NCBI RefSeq assembly: GCF_964204645.1
Contig: NC_134031.1
Coordinates: 21,149,910 to 21,213,909 of the forward strand
Reading direction: 5' to 3'
DNA from: Tubulanus polymorphus
Taxonomy: Eukaryota > Animalia > Nemertea
Length of the DNA stretch: 64,000 nucleotides
Part shown: positions 58,701 to 64,000 of the stretch, in pieces
How the letters are laid out: every line of letters begins with the position of its first letter
Position numbering within the stretch: the stretch's first letter is position 1
Made by a program: the position numbers and the translations under genes
The notes under the pieces: model-generated
The model's input: the letters and a program-made list of their open reading frames with translations, nothing else
Told to the model about the DNA's origin: nothing
Database searches by the model: none

Positions 58701-61700
58701 AATAGCGAGTGTCCAGTTTCACAGAGAAAGGATGAATCAATTTCAACTTGGGATTTAATTTTTTCTTCAAAATAAAATGTTTGAACGCAATTGGTTTGTG
58801 AAACTGTACCCTAGGCCCAGTTTCTTCAAAAATATTCATTCATTGAGGCGGTAAAGTCGAATTAAGTAACGTTTTTTGAGTAAATTACGTATTTCAATGA
58901 AACTGAACCCGTGGGATTTACGTGTGACGCACTGAGTGTGTGTGAAACTGCTGGCGTCTGTAATCACAACTAAAACAACACAGAAAATTCGTCTTTATTT
59001 CAAATAAAACAGAACAACAGTTCACACGAAATATTATAGTCACATAATAAAGAAAACCTGTCGATATTTCAACTTTATGATTTCATTGATTGAGTGACTT
59101 GTCAAAACATGTCCATATTACATCATTATACAATATGTGTATCATACAATTTTTTTACAAAACCAAACCAATAAAACTGGGTCGTGGGGTACAAACAATT
59201 ACAAACTAATGCAACCAGTTATCGCTGCTTTACAGCTACATTTAATCTTCAATTTCAATTTTCACTAAAACTTTAAAACCCACTATATAGAAACTTAATA
59301 GAAGTAAAAGACACAACATTTTGGAGTCTCTGTAGAGACCATCATCAAGTCTGAAGAATAACTAAAACAGGGAAAAACAAGTTAATTAGGAAAGTAAAGC
59401 GAGTGTTCAGTGCTAAGGTAGAGAGGTTTTGTTATTTTGTTCGTATAGGTTGTTCTAGTTATTTTTCATTATACTTTTATTATTTTGATTCTGATTCTTG
59501 ATAAATGAATTTTGCCTTTTAAATTTGCATATAGCAGGGTTTAAATTATATATTCTATGCCCGAGTCAGGCTATTATTCTATTAGCAAAAATGACACCAC
59601 AGCTTTGAGAGACGAATCAGGGGATGACTCTAATGGTTTTTATGTATACGTGATACAAAGTCTATCAAACCATCACAAACAGTAGGCTGCCCGTGCCGGT
59701 CGGCACAGGTGAACAATATTCATTTGGCTTTAAACTTAAAAATTGCAGATCTGAAATAAGTGGCAGCATATCAATCTCCAGGTAGATGGCTGGTCCCTGT
59801 CACTGTCAAATGGCAAATTGGTCCCGATCCCCACTTCGTCCTAGAATAGAGAAAACTTGCGTCAGCAAACATTATATAGAAAATGTTCGATTGAATTAAC
59901 AGTCAAATAGGAATTGTTTTCATGACATATTTCGCTACCTAGAATTTATAATTACCTTATAATTCTAGATAAATCAACACTATTATTCAATCTTTGATCA
60001 CTTTTCAAACTGTTCAGTTGGACAAATTTCATGCTGCAAAAAATCATTATACTATGAAAATACTAAGTAATGTATTTATAGCAGTCTGAAATTGGGGCTA
60101 AATTAGAAAATCAATCATTTTCAAACTTGTGTTGAGCAGAATTAAGCAGCAGCAGCAGCAGCAGCAGCATCAGCCGCACTTCTTTCCGGAGAATCACACA
60201 TAAAAATTCTGTACAGAATAATTAAATGTTAGAATATTATGAAATTAGAGCACAGTGGAGTGATGAAAGACTCACCATTTCTAAACTCATATCAGATAAG
60301 TTCAGTGCCATCTAGCAGGATTTCACTTCCAACAGTCATAATGTCATGAAGTAAAGAGAACTGATGATTTTCTGAGAAAATAAATTCTTAAACCGATAGC
60401 AGCAGCTTCAGCAACTAGAGCTTCTTTACTCTTTGAAGGTGAATATTTTTAATTTCTCCAGTTCCAAAAAGTGTTGGGCGTATTGCATTCTGGAAAGAGA
60501 AAATTATGCCAGAAAAAGGTTAATGAAATAGATAGAAACTGCAACTTGTTTGTGTTCGATTGACAGAAAACCTACCAGGTTAATGAGTAGTTTATCACAA
60601 TGTGTCGAGTATATGCAGATTTCTGAGAGGTTTGATGGTAGCTTTAGACTGCGTCCTCAAGTAAAATGTTGATACCTGCCAACATTGACCGATCAAAACA
60701 TCATTTTCTGGACTTGATTTGAAGATCACCACAAATTACTGCAATAAATCGATATAAAACTCACCGCTTCTGACTTGATTGATTTGTGGAGCGCAATGTT
60801 AACTGCAAGTTCAGCTTTATTTTGGACCCTAGAATACAAAAGTTGTATAATTTTGATGATTCGAACTTTGACCAGAATAGAAGTGATTGAAATTTCAACT
60901 TCACTGATTAATGTAGCTTCTTATCAGGAAATGAGTTTATAAATGTACAGTCAAACAGAGACTAGAATCTGTAGAGATATTTACCGGTACCGTATTGGTT
61001 TTGAGGATCTAAAGCGATGTCCATCTTAAACAAATGTGAAGTGAATTCCCAATGTTTACTGTTCACAGATTCTATCAAGGGTTCCAGTTATTTCAGCTCC
61101 TAAATACAAATTTTAGAAATTGTCAGTTAAGTTGTAATGAAATAAGAGCAGTTTCACACCAAATTAAACTAAGCCGTGATCTTTGAGTGATTGAATGCTG
61201 GAAACATAAACAGATAGAATAATTTATATAGAACAGTTCTCTAAAAATAATGAATTTCCAAACAGGTTTTACCTGCAGCTGCTGCTGTTGCAGCTGCTGG
61301 TGGCGCTGTTGCTGCATGGTACTGGTACTGCGGGTACTGCCAGTACTGCTGTTGCTGCTGCTGCTGCGGTGTGTATCTCATCCTGTAACTGAGAGTAAAA
61401 CAGTAATCTTTAGTTCAAAAATAATTCAAAATATCAACAGAGACTGTTTAAGAATTCTGTGGAGAAATTCATTACCAGTTTTGTACTTACCTTTAAATGA
61501 GCCTGTTTAAATAGTAAATTCTATTGCATTCATTTCATTCTGAAAAGAAAAAGAAACAATAATCAGTGACAATAGAGCAGAATGTAACATCTCAAATTAT
61601 CAATCAATCAGACAGAAACAGTACAGGATTTCTGTAGATTAAACTGCTGTACTTATTTCATACTGATTGTACAGTTACAGATACATGTAACATTGTGTAC

Positions 61701-64000
61701 AGATACAGAGTACAGATCACTGCATTACTTCATCCTGTGATTGAACAGTGATTAAATGTTCTTTCATCTTCATTAGATTCCCATCCATCTAACTAAAACA
61801 TCAGAACATTTTAACTCATCTAACCTCCCGAACCGACCCTCCCATACCCCTTCCCTCCCGCCCTCCCGGACCCTTTTCCTCCTGCGCCCCATCCCTCCCT
61901 CCCTCCCTCAATGCCCTCCCACCTGGCCCTCCCTCAATGCCCTCCCACCTGGCCCTCCCTCAATGCCCTCCCACCCGGCCCACCCTCAATGCCCTCCCTC
62001 AATGCCCTCCCATCATGCCTCCTCAACTCTCTTGTCTCCTCTTCACACACCACTCATCTGTACAATAACTACAAAACGATTTGCCATTTTTCACGATCAT
62101 ATCAATTTCATTTATAAATCAAAATCCTTAATCAATTGCATCATTGATGGGACTCACAGATACTTTCTTTACACATTTTGGAGGCATTTAGATGACCTCA
62201 AATGATCATATGCTTGGGTTGGTCTTGAAAATCACATGGCTTCATTTTACAGATGATTTCTTTATCAATTTCATCAAATTATTCCTACTATTTCTACTCC
62301 CTCTAATAAGTATTCACAATATATCTCAGTTTCATGAAAAGTTGCAGCAGTCGTCTGTAAACAGATTTCATTTCATCAAATGATGCGAGTTTGAGTTGTA
62401 GAGGTTACATCTAAAACATCAAACCAAACCGGAGGAACTTAATGTTGTAAGGGAGGGGGAGGTATACGGAGGGTTCACCCGAACAAAGGAAATAAGCCCG
62501 AACCAAACCTTCACACTCACAAAATGTCGCGAGAAAGGCAAACACAAACCAAGGACAAGAATGATGGCTGAGATCAAAACAATTAATGCTATTTATGTTG
62601 CTTCACCAATTCAACATGACGTCACTAAATGAAACCATTGTGGACTATTTCAATACTCTCTACTAGAGGTTTCATATAAGCAAGTAGTTTATGGAATCCT
62701 ATTCATAAAAGTTATTAATCAATGTTATTAAACTGCTGATGCAAAATATATACGTCATAAATAATCTGTTTGATTGTCTTTTCAAGTTAACACTTAAACC
62801 CAGTGGAACAAATCAAACTCCAGCCATTTTTCCTTCATTTGCCATTTTTCGTTTTTACTCTTTTCTCTGACTTTTAGCACTTGAGTCGAGGTAGGAATAG
62901 ACCCCTGCCCACTCGCTAAGCGTGCAGGACTCTAAACCTTCGAATTGCTCTCGGACCCCACTCTTTATATTTTATCTTTTTTGAGTCGAGGTAGGAATAG
63001 ACCCCTGCCTGCCCTCTAAGCGCGCAGGACTCTAAACCTTCGAATTGCTCTCGGACCCCACTCTTTATATTTTATCTTTTTTGAGTCGAGGTAGGAATAG
63101 ACCCCTGCCCGCTCGCTAAGCGTGCAGGACACTAAACCTTCGAATTGCTCTCGGACCCCACTCTTTATATCAGCATTTCATGCTGTTTTATTTTATTCAC
63201 GCATTCGCTTTACATTTTTTCATATGGCTTTTCCTTATTTGTCGTCTCACTAAAATTCTCATCAGTTCCGACTGGGATCAAGTTTAATCTTTTAGAGACA
63301 AACAGCAAAAGGTTGTGTTAGTTGCACCAGCAGCAGCAGCAGCTGCAGCAACACCAGCAGCAACACTGATACAGATGAATCTTTCATTAACTACTTCATT
63401 TGTTCCATTCTCAACTATTGAGTCATGAAGGCAACAGAAATAACTTTTAAAAATGTTAAATCTTTCATTTATGGCCTTGGTTTAGTGACCTAAGCATCAA
63501 AGTTTGGTTCATAGCCCAGGTTTGGTGACCAAAGAGTCAAAGTTTGGTTCATAGCCCAGGTTTGGTGACCAAAGAGTCAAAGTTTGGTTCATAGCCCTGT
63601 TAGGTTTACCAAAGAGTCAAAGTTTGGTCTATGGTTCTGATTTGGTGACCACGGAGGGTAAATATAGCTCATGAGCGTTGCATATGTTGAATAGGGGAAT
63701 TGGACTAAACACTCATCACTAGAATCAAGTGAAGAATTATGTTCACACTGAATAGGCTCAAAATCTTGGACTAATTGATAAAGTCCGAAATAATTCTGAC
63801 TAATTTGAGTCTACCGGAAAATGATGCATTGGTCGAAGTCTAAAAGCTATAAACTGACAAATTGATCGAGCACTGATAATATTTTAAATAACAGCGGAGA
63901 ATGAAATCACTTTTATTAACTGATATGATCGTGAAAAATGGCAAAATACACTAGATACACCTCCCCCACGCTTTATCAGAGTCTCATTGTAGTAGGAAGA
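55716..64000. repeat. Macro-repeat unit 5, truncated by the window end; contains the 3' part of the minus-strand gene (~58975-64000)
   Basis: Collinear with unit 1 up to the homologue of ~17935. Confidence 0.95.
56713..57379 (+). mobile_element. 5'-truncated non-LTR retrotransposon (RTEX-like LINE 3' end with CCHC knuckle), unique to unit 5
   Basis: ORF 56880-57323 has HYLPIEKDRY...RLCTMC....IGDEYHYLMMC.....LR. It is inserted in gtctatATCTCttgaccc with ATCTC duplicated and ends in a GAATAA-repeat tail. Confidence 0.85.

Overview
AT-rich metazoan genomic DNA, probably from an invertebrate. A pearl/HINE-like element hints at a lophotrochozoan, but that is inference. The only clear protein-coding sequence is the last exon of a TRAF2/3-family adaptor gene (182-1144, + strand). 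Most of the rest is a tandem macro-repeat of about 11-13 kb: three complete units at ~8517-44178, a disrupted fourth, and a fifth running off the window end. Each unit carries, on the minus strand, what looks like a multi-exon, polyadenylated non-coding gene: promoter motifs, about 10 or more GT-AG exons and an AATAAA. Within that gene are ~200-bp inverted repeats next to G-quadruplex tracts, an 81-nt structured element with a Y-RNA-like bulged-C helix (tandemly triplicated in one unit), and a CAG/CTG tract that reaches 117 pure repeats in one unit. Each unit also holds a tRNA-derived head followed by TTAGGG repeats, arrays of B-box-bearing tRNA-like repeats, several minisatellites and MITEs. 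Unit-specific insertions (a pearl-like element, nested Harbinger-like MITEs, a MITE with a 5-bp TSD, a LINE 3' end) can be verified against empty sites in sister units. Almost all long ORFs in the supplied track are minisatellite artefacts. All calls were made by eye; no database search or folding program was run.
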